Virus record (IMG/VR): IMGVR_UViG_3300038499_000012
Location: 1 to 64,000 of that record
From: a virus
Taxonomy: Duplodnaviria; Heunggongvirae; Uroviricota; Caudoviricetes
Length of the DNA stretch: 64,000 nt
Reading direction: 5' to 3' (one strand)
Shown: positions 10,022-18,385 of the stretch, one piece after another
Numbering within the stretch: the stretch's first letter is position 1
How the letters are laid out: every line of letters starts with the position of its first letter
Notes under the pieces: model-generated
What the model saw: only the letters and a program-made list of their open reading frames with translations
Told to the model about the DNA's origin: nothing
The model's database searches: none
Made by a program: the position numbers and the translations under genes

Positions 10022-10507
10022 TTGATGACTGATACTGTGTCAAAACTCAAGGAATTGTTAGAGGGGCGTAAGGTCTTAGCTGTTAATGAGTCCCCACAAA
10101 GGGACTCTATCTGTGAATTGGTGGTGGAGAACCTGGATAAAGACTGTTCAAGTTTCATCCTATTTGCCACTGATTTGGGATCATGGATAGGGAATGAAAG
10201 GGAGGGGGGTCTATTCAAAAATGTACGGGATCTGTTTGACGAAGTCTTTGAGCACAGTACAAAGACTCACAGTGTGACAGACGAGGATATCTACGAAGCA
10301 CATGAAGACACAATGCAGCGCACGTTAGGATTTCGATGCAAGAAGTGTCAGGAGCTGTTTTTGGTGGGTCTGACGACTGCTAAGGATTCTGAATATGCGG
10401 AGTTCTTCCAGACCCCAGAAGACCGCAGAAAGCTGGCTAAGGTAGTAGGGGATACGTATATCTTGAATGTAGCAACCCTAAAAGAGTGTATGGTCTGGTA
10501 TGAATAA
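10022..10507 (+). CDS. hypothetical protein
   Basis: ORF. Confidence 0.3.
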   Translation: MMTDTVSKLKELLEGRKVLAVNESPQRDSICELVVENLDKDCSSFILFATDLGSWIGNEREGGLFKNVRDLFDEVFEHSTKTHSVTDEDIYEAHEDTMQRTLGFRCKKCQELFLVGLTTAKDSEYAEFFQTPEDRRKLAKVVGDTYILNVATLKECMVWYE

Positions 10508-10979
10508 AGACGAAGTTAAAAGTTTGTTTGAAAGACATACTAAAAAGAACTACAAGAAAAGTGGTACTTTCCTTTATAGGTTCCCTTCTGAAAACGAAAC
10601 AGTTCTGACCATAGTTGCGGGAAAGCTTGAGGCTTTGAAAACTGCGGTATTCGGTGAGTCTGTTGTACTCCGTAATATATCTCTCGGTAGCTCAGCCGAA
10701 ACATACATCATTGATCTAGTAGTTTTTGCAAAAAGATACGACCTGATTGAAAAAAGTGTGACTGTTGACAAAGTCTTATGGAAATATTGCGAAGCAATAG
10801 GCAAAGTTGAAGCCTTCTGTTATCATGGAAAAACGATAGAGTTTGTTGCTCCTTGGGGGGAGAAAATGTTGTGTGAAGACGGGGATTACATAGCCAGGCC
10901 CTTGGGCGGTTCCCCCGAAGATATTTATAGAATTGAAAAGCAAACATTCAATCAGACTTATACGGAGATAGTAACCTAA
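10500..10979 (+). CDS. hypothetical protein
   Basis: ORF overlapping the upstream stop. Confidence 0.3.
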   Translation: MNKDEVKSLFERHTKKNYKKSGTFLYRFPSENETVLTIVAGKLEALKTAVFGESVVLRNISLGSSAETYIIDLVVFAKRYDLIEKSVTVDKVLWKYCEAIGKVEAFCYHGKTIEFVAPWGEKMLCEDGDYIARPLGGSPEDIYRIEKQTFNQTYTEIVT

Positions 10980-11049
10980 AAGGAAATCTGTACCATGGCC
11001 TGCTCAAATATTTACAATTTGAAACTCCACGAGACGATAGAAGTCAATC

Positions 11050-11757
11050 TTGGAATTGCGTATGGTTATGTCATCATTATCAGAGTCCCTGGAGGATGGA
11101 TCTACAAGATGCATGGTTCCGGATGCTTTGTTCCATATACAGAAGCAGACAAAGCACTCATCCAAATCTAAAGACAGGGAAATGTGTATGAATCAGAATC
11201 AACTAAATAGACTTTTGGACAAGCCCTATTGGCCTCCAAATCTCGAAGCCGATCGAATCTACGTCACGACGCACGACGACCACGACGGAGAGCCCTTGAC
11301 TGGCTACCTTTTGATATCTGTAGACCACATGGGAGACGCCTATATTAGCGTACACGGTGAGAGATTACGATTTAGGACGAAGGGCGGAGGTGGCAAATTT
11401 TCAAAGATAAGATCTGCGTTAGTACTACTCGCTGAAGCCATCCGACAAGAAGGTGAAGATCCCTTTCAGGATCGTAAGGACCCTCCCGAGCAGTACGTTG
11501 AGCAGGAAACGAGAATGTGCGAGTATTGCGACAGCTGTCCTTTGCAGTCACCCTGTGCACTTGAGCCGGAGCGTCCGCCTTGTGCCTCCTCCAGATTTGA
11601 GGAAGCTGCCAACGCCAACAGAGATTATACGGCCGCATTAATTGATTTAGAACATTTGGCACAGAATTTTGATGTGTATAAAAAAGCAAACGACTCTCGC
11701 ATTTTGCGTGAGGTTATCCAGCGCCTCGCACAACATTTCGTGACGAGGAAATCATAA
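11050..11757 (+). CDS. hypothetical protein (Cys-rich C-terminal region)
   Basis: ORF; start uncertain (several in-frame Met). Confidence 0.3.
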   Translation: MELRMVMSSLSESLEDGSTRCMVPDALFHIQKQTKHSSKSKDREMCMNQNQLNRLLDKPYWPPNLEADRIYVTTHDDHDGEPLTGYLLISVDHMGDAYISVHGERLRFRTKGGGGKFSKIRSALVLLAEAIRQEGEDPFQDRKDPPEQYVEQETRMCEYCDSCPLQSPCALEPERPPCASSRFEEAANANRDYTAALIDLEHLAQNFDVYKKANDSRILREVIQRLAQHFVTRKS

Positions 11758-11758
11758 A

Positions 11759-12031
11759 ATGGACTACATAGCAAAAATGAAAATTGATGGGACAACCGTC
11801 TGTAAAAAAGTATCCCGGGAAGAGGCATTCAAAATTATTCAGCCCTACCCGCAAGTGATGGTAGATTGTTTCGATGAGCACGGACATTATGGAAGTTTCG
11901 GATGCGTGTTCGCAACACAAGTTCAACTTAACCGTCAAATCGAGTATCACCATGAAGAAAAAACAACCGGCAGAAAAACCATCGGTAAAGAAGAAGATAA
12001 ACTATTACTGGCAGGACCCAGCCCTGGATGA
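11759..12031 (+). CDS. hypothetical protein
   Basis: ORF. Confidence 0.25.
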   Translation: MDYIAKMKIDGTTVCKKVSREEAFKIIQPYPQVMVDCFDEHGHYGSFGCVFATQVQLNRQIEYHHEEKTTGRKTIGKEEDKLLLAGPSPG

Positions 12032-12127
12032 ACTCAAAGACAGGAGAAGATCCGTATCAGATCCTGCTTCTTTTGTCCTGCATAAATCTGTTAGTGCCAG
12101 AAAACATTCTCGGAGCTCGGAGGACTG

Positions 12128-12565
12128 ATGGCCACTTTAATCAATGTTGCAGATATCGTGGAAGAGAACGGCAGGACCAATAGGGAAAACAACCTGGAGG
12201 AAATCCACGATATCCCTATCGGAACCCTTGTTGAGGTGAAATACGATAAGTGGCATTCTGGGGGTGCATGTGAAAAAATTCATGCCCGTTTATGGGTGGT
12301 GAGCCATGACCGGGACTGTGATGGTACTCCGCTCTATTCTCTGAGTCCTCACAAAACCGATACGTTCGAAGGAGCACGAATAGTTCTTCCTTCTGGTTTT
12401 TGGGGTACAGGAACCTTCGACGATCAGAAAACTATCCTAAACCTGAATGTGACCAAAGACATACTCAACAGCATATCGTCAGGATTTGCCAGAGAAGCCC
12501 TGACCCCCGTTGAAGTAACAAAAGAGCTTGAGGACGGTGTAGGCGCTTTGAGGTGGGAGAGTTAA
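12128..12565 (+). CDS. hypothetical protein
   Basis: ORF. Confidence 0.3.
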   Translation: MATLINVADIVEENGRTNRENNLEEIHDIPIGTLVEVKYDKWHSGGACEKIHARLWVVSHDRDCDGTPLYSLSPHKTDTFEGARIVLPSGFWGTGTFDDQKTILNLNVTKDILNSISSGFAREALTPVEVTKELEDGVGALRWES

Positions 12566-12568
12566 ATC

Positions 12569-13144
12569 ATGACCAAAACATTTGCGATAGGTATTGACTG
12601 TGAAACTGGGGGTTTGGACCCCGAGAAACACGCCCTGCTCTCTATTGGCTATGCCTTGGTCGACAAGTCTTTCAGGGTCATTAGCTGTGGAGATTTCTTC
12701 GTTAAAGCTAACCCCAAGCGGGTCATCCCAGCGGCCCTTCAGGTTAACGGCATCGACATGAAGACGCATAATCAAAGAGCTCAGCACAAAAAGACCGTAG
12801 CCCGCGCACTCCAGAACATCATCACACTCCATTTTGGAGACAAGCCAGCCAAAATCTTTGGACAGAACGTACCCTTCGACGTAAGCTTTCTTAATAAACT
12901 CAGCGTAGACACGGGCTATAAATTCAAATTCGATTACGGATACATAGACACACAGGCATTCACCCGGGTCCTTAAAGCTCTAGGGGAGCTACCTGTAGAG
13001 AATTGCAAGCTCACGACCTTGTGTAAGTACTTCAAAATACGAATAGGAAAAGCTCACACAGGACTCTCCGACATTCTCAGGACTGCAGCACTCCTACGCA
13101 AATTCAAAAGGTCTCTGGTTTTAGACCTAAGTCCACTGAGCTAA
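12569..13144 (+). CDS. DnaQ-like 3'-5' exonuclease (DEDD family)
   Basis: Exo I motif IGIDCETGGLDP and the general layout of epsilon-subunit-like exonucleases. Confidence 0.55.
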   Translation: MTKTFAIGIDCETGGLDPEKHALLSIGYALVDKSFRVISCGDFFVKANPKRVIPAALQVNGIDMKTHNQRAQHKKTVARALQNIITLHFGDKPAKIFGQNVPFDVSFLNKLSVDTGYKFKFDYGYIDTQAFTRVLKALGELPVENCKLTTLCKYFKIRIGKAHTGLSDILRTAALLRKFKRSLVLDLSPLS

Positions 13145-13153
13145 GGGGTAAAT

Positions 13154-13618
13154 ATGACTATAACGATTTCTGACAAGACCGCGGATTTCTTGGCTAAGTT
13201 CTCTGCCCTACTAGAGGCTCAAAACAACCAAGGTACTGCATCCCCGTTTTTCTATGTGGTACGAGGTACCAAGAAGATCGCAGCTCCTGCAGGCCAAACC
13301 GGTGACACCCGATACTACTACCAGGATACTTCATTTACCGAGGCGGAGCTAGAAAAGTACTGTCAAGAAAATGGGGAGGACTACGAACACGTTAAGGCTA
13401 CCTGTATCTCTTATGATCTTCAAGAGGTCGACGAGCACGTAAACGTATTCTTTACGATCGAAGGATATCACGAGCATATCAAGCTTAACGGGCATAATTA
13501 CCGGAATTACGAGTCATACGGGTCCTATCTTTTGCATGCTTTTCGGAACCCTGAAATAGCCTCATTGTTAGAGGCCATTAAAGAGGTAGGACGAGAACTC
13601 AAGAATGTAGGATCATGA
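13154..13618 (+). CDS. hypothetical protein
   Basis: ORF. Confidence 0.3.
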   Translation: MTITISDKTADFLAKFSALLEAQNNQGTASPFFYVVRGTKKIAAPAGQTGDTRYYYQDTSFTEAELEKYCQENGEDYEHVKATCISYDLQEVDEHVNVFFTIEGYHEHIKLNGHNYRNYESYGSYLLHAFRNPEIASLLEAIKEVGRELKNVGS

Positions 13619-14025
13619 AGGTATATAACAGACCTCCGGTGTCGTATCAAAGGGCCCTTCAGTGTATCTTACCAGAAATTGATATGGTGTGTAAAAGTAT
13701 GTTGCTGCCTAATCCTCAAATAAAAGCCGTTAGAGACTTTAGATCCTTAGGAGGATATGAACCTGACTCCTACCTAACGCACCCTTTAATTGTAATCAAT
13801 TTGGATCGATTACCCTTCTCACTACTCAAGAAAGGAGTGGACCTTAAAAGAATATTGAGTATGATTGTCTTGCACGAACTAGGACATGCATACCTAGATA
13901 GCCAAGGGGTTCCTTTGCCTCATGACGAAAAGAACATATACCATTTTTGGATAAAGTATTCCGAGACTAACTCAGTAGACCTTACGGTCTTGAAAGCAAA
14001 CATAATTGTTAAACTGTCGTCATAA
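13615..14025 (+). CDS. putative zinc metallopeptidase (HExxH)
   Basis: VLHELGHAYLD motif (ImmA/IrrE- or SprT-like). Confidence 0.3.
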   Translation: MKVYNRPPVSYQRALQCILPEIDMVCKSMLLPNPQIKAVRDFRSLGGYEPDSYLTHPLIVINLDRLPFSLLKKGVDLKRILSMIVLHELGHAYLDSQGVPLPHDEKNIYHFWIKYSETNSVDLTVLKANIIVKLSS

Positions 14026-14039
14026 GAGGTCAAACAGAT

Positions 14040-14312
14040 ATGTGGCCAGACTGCAAACATTGCAATTCCCCTGCCCGTAACAACCCTAAGACATGCCGTG
14101 CCAAAGGCAAAAAATTGGGCACCATGAAGGATTCCACAGGCAAGATCCCTGAGGTGAGTTCCCATATGGAGGCTCTGCAGCTCATCAAACAGGTCAGCGA
14201 GGACAAAAGAAGTCACTTCATGCTAGAAGATCTGTGTGACTGGCTGGAGCTCAAGATAAAAATAATGGGCACTCTTGCCGGCAGGGGTCTTAAATTGAGG
14301 AAGATATGTTAG
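14040..14312 (+). CDS. hypothetical protein
   Basis: ORF. Confidence 0.25.
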   Translation: MWPDCKHCNSPARNNPKTCRAKGKKLGTMKDSTGKIPEVSSHMEALQLIKQVSEDKRSHFMLEDLCDWLELKIKIMGTLAGRGLKLRKIC

Positions 14313-14345
14313 GGGTAGGATAGTCTGGCATACAAATTTCGAATT

Positions 14346-14404
14346 TCCCCCGTATAATAAAAGTGAATGCAGATCTTGACACGAATCCTTTTTAGTGGTA
14401 TATT
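14346..14404 (+). promoter_or_regulatory. tandem promoters upstream of the cas operon
   Basis: A cccccGTATAATAA motif at ~14346-14360. A sigma70-like TTGACA-N17-TATATT at ~14376-14404. Both lie ~70-130 nt upstream of the first cas gene. Confidence 0.35.
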
Positions 14405-14476
14405 AATCTCTGCCAGGCTATATTCGAGGGTAAAATAGACTTAAGGACGCCATATCAGGTAACCCAAGGAGAAGAT

Positions 14477-16342
14477 ATGATACAAAACGAAATCGACTTC
14501 TGCAGAAAAATTGTTGACCTTGCTGATGCAATCAAATTCCATACCTATTCCGTTCCTGCCGTGACCAAATCCAAACTGAATCCCAAGGGTAAAAAGGCAA
14601 AGCAGAAGGTTTTTCCGGCCTACCGTGCAATTCTCCAACCTGATGGACTTACCTTGTTGCCCCAGCAATATCGTAACGAGAACGTCTTAGAACATGCCTA
14701 CGCCCTTCAATACCGAAACTGTCCAGCCGATACCTCAGAATCCCGAGCAATCTACGGCTCAGATATCCGATTGGAAGTTCGAAAGAAGAAAGAGATCTGG
14801 GTCCGAAATCTTGAAACTCCGCTACTCAATAGCATAGTCTCTTCAGAACTCAGGACCATCAAAAATGCCCTAGCTCTGAGTTCTAAACGGATCCTGGAAT
14901 TCTACCAAAAACGAATGGATGAGTTCACCAATAGGGACCAGAACGGCAACACCCTAGACGATAACGAAGACATCGTATGCGGAATCTTCCTACACATAGA
15001 CTGTTCAATCCTTGGTTACGAACATTGGTACGAGATCCCCGGTGTACTTTCCGCTTCAGATACAGCCGAAATCATGAGGATCACCAACGAAGTTGGTGAA
15101 AAGAAGAAAGAGGCCGCATTTTTGGCCGTACCTGGGGAAGAATGCTATTCACTAGTCAAAAGTCTTCTCAATACGGTTGCATCCGGGGATGAGTCCTCAG
15201 ACAACCAGTTTCAGGATTTTGATTTGGCCGCACGACACAAATCATTCTCGTTAACGTCAGACGATAGACGAATCGTCGCTTTCTATTGGTCAAAAACGAT
15301 GAACATGCTCCGTGTTTCTATTCCCAAGACAAAAGGAGAATATTTCTTCAGAGTTGTGCCGTGCGGTGATTTCAGTCCTATGAATGCCCAAATGTTTATT
15401 GATAACCAAAAAGCATTCAGGGGCAAGTTTGATACCCAAGAGAAAGCCGAAAGTGGGGTATCAGAAGAGGACGATAATATCGAAATTATGCCTGACGAGC
15501 CTATTGATGGGTACGATAAAAAGATCTACAACATGGCCCAACAGGCCCCCTCGGGAATCACCTCGTTCGATATAACCCTTATGCACCGGGAATCCCATGG
15601 ACAGACAAATGTCTCAGAACTATCCAGACTCTACAGAAGTTCGTTCTGCCGGCAACTCAAACGTATCGAGGCGGTCTCGGAAGAAGTCACAAAAAAATAC
15701 AAGTGCACTTGGGAACCCCAGATATGGTCCGCACTGAATACCATCTACTCTCGGTGTGAAAAACGATATCTCAATATCATCGGGCAGATTTTTATGAAGT
15801 TATGGTCCGGAAGCTACAGAGGAATAGCTTCCCTTAAAGAACTTTTTATTGACGGAATACAATACAACATTCGCAATTCGGAAGGGCCTGGTGAATACGC
15901 CCTTCGTGTGGCGTACTTATTCTTGAAAAAACTCAACACAACGGAGGAGCAGATGGATGAAAAATCTTACCGTCTAGGAGAACTCTGTGCCGAGTTCTGC
16001 TGGCCCTTGATCTATCAGATCGGAAGTTTTGATAAGCAGTATTCAGGGTACATCACAAGGAAAGTCAAAAGTGTTGATGAGGTCACTGAGTTCATTGTTT
16101 TCTCCGAGGGAAAACTGATCCTGCATGCAGGTGAAATGATGTATGCCACTGGAAAAGGAGGTCAATTTCCTATCGGAGTAGTTCCAGATACAAGCTACTA
16201 CGCACTGGAAGCTCGAAAGCTCATCAAGGAAGGAATCGAAAAGTTTGATGCGCTTTCCTTTGCCGACGGATACTACTTCATGCGTGGTAACAAATTGTAC
16301 ACTTCCAAAAAAGGAGGCCAGAGTGAAGAATCAAGAGGTTAA
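14477..16342 (+). CDS. putative Cas8-like large subunit (divergent; possibly encodes Cas11 from an internal start)
   Basis: First gene of the cas operon, 621 aa, immediately upstream of cas7 with overlap. I see no recognisable motif; the assignment is positional only. Confidence 0.35.
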   Translation: MIQNEIDFCRKIVDLADAIKFHTYSVPAVTKSKLNPKGKKAKQKVFPAYRAILQPDGLTLLPQQYRNENVLEHAYALQYRNCPADTSESRAIYGSDIRLEVRKKKEIWVRNLETPLLNSIVSSELRTIKNALALSSKRILEFYQKRMDEFTNRDQNGNTLDDNEDIVCGIFLHIDCSILGYEHWYEIPGVLSASDTAEIMRITNEVGEKKKEAAFLAVPGEECYSLVKSLLNTVASGDESSDNQFQDFDLAARHKSFSLTSDDRRIVAFYWSKTMNMLRVSIPKTKGEYFFRVVPCGDFSPMNAQMFIDNQKAFRGKFDTQEKAESGVSEEDDNIEIMPDEPIDGYDKKIYNMAQQAPSGITSFDITLMHRESHGQTNVSELSRLYRSSFCRQLKRIEAVSEEVTKKYKCTWEPQIWSALNTIYSRCEKRYLNIIGQIFMKLWSGSYRGIASLKELFIDGIQYNIRNSEGPGEYALRVAYLFLKKLNTTEEQMDEKSYRLGELCAEFCWPLIYQIGSFDKQYSGYITRKVKSVDEVTEFIVFSEGKLILHAGEMMYATGKGGQFPIGVVPDTSYYALEARKLIKEGIEKFDALSFADGYYFMRGNKLYTSKKGGQSEESRG

Positions 16343-17309
16343 GCAGGTCGAGGTCGAGACCAATGGCGTTAAGAGGGCGGATCTTCTGATTCTGTGGACC
16401 AGCAGAAATTGCATCGTGAACGGTGATCCCTGGACAGGAGAGCAGCGCTATGATGAAGCCACAGGCAGACCTCTGTGCTCTGATGTCAGGCTTAAGGCCT
16501 TCGCCAGATGGTATGCAGACCACATACACCTTTTCGAACCCGGCCATCCTGCTCTGGATGTGTTTTTCAAGGATTTCACGCAGAGTGATATAGCTCTAGC
16601 CAGGGCCGAGAAAGAAGGGGCATCAGGAGCTTCCGTTCGGGTGCGTATGCTCAAGGCCAAGTACAAACCGGAAGAGGACTTGAAGACTCTGGTTCTCAAG
16701 TGCCTCGATTCTCGTGGTTTCGGAAACGTCGTCACGGAGAAGAAGACTCCGGTGCATCTCACAGGCCCGATCCAGTTCGAGCAGCTCAATCCGACTCTGC
16801 ATCAAGTGAAGCTGATGGAAAACCAGAATACCTGTCATCTTCCATCAGATATCAAGAACAATGCAGGAGCAATAGCCACCAGCAGCCTGGTTCCCTTCAG
16901 CATCAACCAAGTGGTCGGCGGGGTCTATTCAATCCTCGCTCTCGAAACCGGCCTGACGGAAGATGATGTCATCCTCATTCTTCGGTGCCTGTGGCGGGGA
17001 ATAAACTGTTACAAGAGCCGGAGCAAGATGGGGCAGAATTCAAGACTGATCTTGAAGATCAACTATCAAGATCTGGCAACAGCAACCGCCGATCTGAATA
17101 CCTTGGTCACACTCAAGAATTCAGAAGACAAAGGCCTTCGCAGAATAGACCAAGCCGTATGGGATTTTTCGAGGCTGGACAATCTCATGAAGGACCCCAA
17201 TGTCGTAACGGTTGAGTATCGTGCGGATTCCTTCATGAAGCCGGTACTCCTGGGTGCCATCTCGAAAGATACGGTTTCTAAAATGGTCGAGTTGCAAGGT
17301 CTCTGGTAA
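16323..17309 (+). CDS. cas7: Cas7 (Cascade backbone subunit; DevR/Csd2/Csh2-like N-terminal motif)
   Basis: GTG start 5 nt after aaggagg; track start 16245 is probably too far upstream. N-terminal NGDPwtgeqRyDeaTGrplcSDVrLKafaRwY resembles the NGDPDxxNxPRiDpeTGxGLVTDVCLKRKIRNY motif of I-B/I-C Cas7 and is also similar to CasC. Confidence 0.55.
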   Translation: MKNQEVKQVEVETNGVKRADLLILWTSRNCIVNGDPWTGEQRYDEATGRPLCSDVRLKAFARWYADHIHLFEPGHPALDVFFKDFTQSDIALARAEKEGASGASVRVRMLKAKYKPEEDLKTLVLKCLDSRGFGNVVTEKKTPVHLTGPIQFEQLNPTLHQVKLMENQNTCHLPSDIKNNAGAIATSSLVPFSINQVVGGVYSILALETGLTEDDVILILRCLWRGINCYKSRSKMGQNSRLILKINYQDLATATADLNTLVTLKNSEDKGLRRIDQAVWDFSRLDNLMKDPNVVTVEYRADSFMKPVLLGAISKDTVSKMVELQGLW

Positions 17310-17638
17310 GAAAAGAGAAGGTAAAGACCTTACACGGAAAAACGTGTAGGGTCTTACCAACTCATAGGAGTACTCGGTCAATTACCACCAGCACAAGGCT
17401 GGAGGCTTGTCCTTCCAAATTTCGTCCAGAGAACGATGACTCTAATGAGTCATAACGGAGGACTATAAGCCAATTGACTGTGGCTCATTATCATACAGCA
17501 TGCTGTATGATAATCACTTGTACTCAGAACTCTGTGAGTACTCGCTACAGTTCCTAAGATACATTATGGAAGAGAGCACGAGTCATTACTCGCTTCCTCC
17601 GCCACCACAAGGGTAGCGGTTTCCGCTCGTGAGGTTTT
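17310..17638 (+). other. structured non-coding spacer inside the cas operon (hairpins and a perfect 28-bp palindrome)
   Basis: No ORF. Imperfect ~16-bp hairpin with 6-nt loop (ggtaaagaccttacacg/cgtgtagggtcttacc) at ~17320-17358. atgactcTAATgagtcat at ~17436-17453. Perfect 28-bp palindrome attatcatacagca|tgctgtatgataat at ~17487-17514. gtactcagAACTctgtgagtac at ~17520-17541. Stem ggaag...cgagtCATTactcg...cttcc at ~17568-17610. Confidence 0.5.
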
Positions 17639-18385
17639 ATGAAAGCCGTAACCATACGAATTTCTGGTAGCCGGGCGCATTTCAAGCGGCCAAATACCAA
17701 CAACAATCCATGTACTTATGCCGTTATTCACAAACCAGCGCTTTTTGGAATCATGGGCGCTGTCTGTGGAATTCAGAGGGCAGAAATGGCATCCCTCTAT
17801 CCTAAGCTGTGCAGTGAAAATAAATCTGACGGCATAAAGATGGCCCTTCGAGTTCTAAATCCTATTTCAAAAGAGGCACATGGATTCACAAAACGAAATG
17901 TCACTCCAGTTCCTGAGCGCCAAGGGGATTTGAAGGGCTTTAAGAACAATTCCCGTGGCAGAAGGTTCTGTGAAGTCCTTCGAGATCCTTCTTATGAGGT
18001 CACACTGGGATCTCAGAATCCTCAATTCGTTGAGATATTATCGACCTTCAAAAATCAGATACTAGCCAATAGGTCGATTTATCCACACTACCTCGGCAGT
18101 ATTAACTGCATGTGTCAGCTGGCCTTCATATCGGACTCAGAAGTATCGGAAGAAAAAAACGGTGAGTTCTCTACCCGACACATTGTTACGAAAACAGGCC
18201 ATGAAATTTCTGACACAGGAGATATGGATATTCTGTGTGAGAATATCCCGATCGCAGAAGATGCCAATAGGAGATACACAGCCACTGCCGATGTCTATTG
18301 TTTCTGGGAAGGCCTACTGGACGTAAAAGGTTCTTATCAGACCATTTCCAACCAAACCGGAGATGCCACAGCATGTTTCATCTAA
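17639..18385 (+). CDS. cas5: Cas5
   Basis: N-terminal ISGSRAHFKRP...ALFGIMGAVCGIQR resembles E. coli CasD (LAGPMQAWGQP...LLGLLGACLGIQR) and the AhFrxP signature of Cas5 proteins. Confidence 0.6.
   Translation: MKAVTIRISGSRAHFKRPNTNNNPCTYAVIHKPALFGIMGAVCGIQRAEMASLYPKLCSENKSDGIKMALRVLNPISKEAHGFTKRNVTPVPERQGDLKGFKNNSRGRRFCEVLRDPSYEVTLGSQNPQFVEILSTFKNQILANRSIYPHYLGSINCMCQLAFISDSEVSEEKNGEFSTRHIVTKTGHEISDTGDMDILCENIPIAEDANRRYTATADVYCFWEGLLDVKGSYQTISNQTGDATACFI

Noticed and set aside
16245-16322. Upstream extension of cas7 (track start 16245)
   Set aside because: The extension overlaps the cas8-like gene by ~100 nt and has no RBS, whereas a GTG at 16323 has a perfect aaggagg 5 nt upstream.
14477-16342. 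Calling the 621-aa protein Cas8e (Cse1) specifically
   Set aside because: No recognisable Cse1 features (e.g. L1 loop, four-helix bundle signature) could be seen by eye. Kept as a generic Cas8-like large subunit by position only.
17320-17358. Hairpin after the cas7 stop as an intrinsic terminator
   Set aside because: No downstream T-tract, and cas5 through cas2 clearly continue the operon. More likely a processing, stability or regulatory structure.
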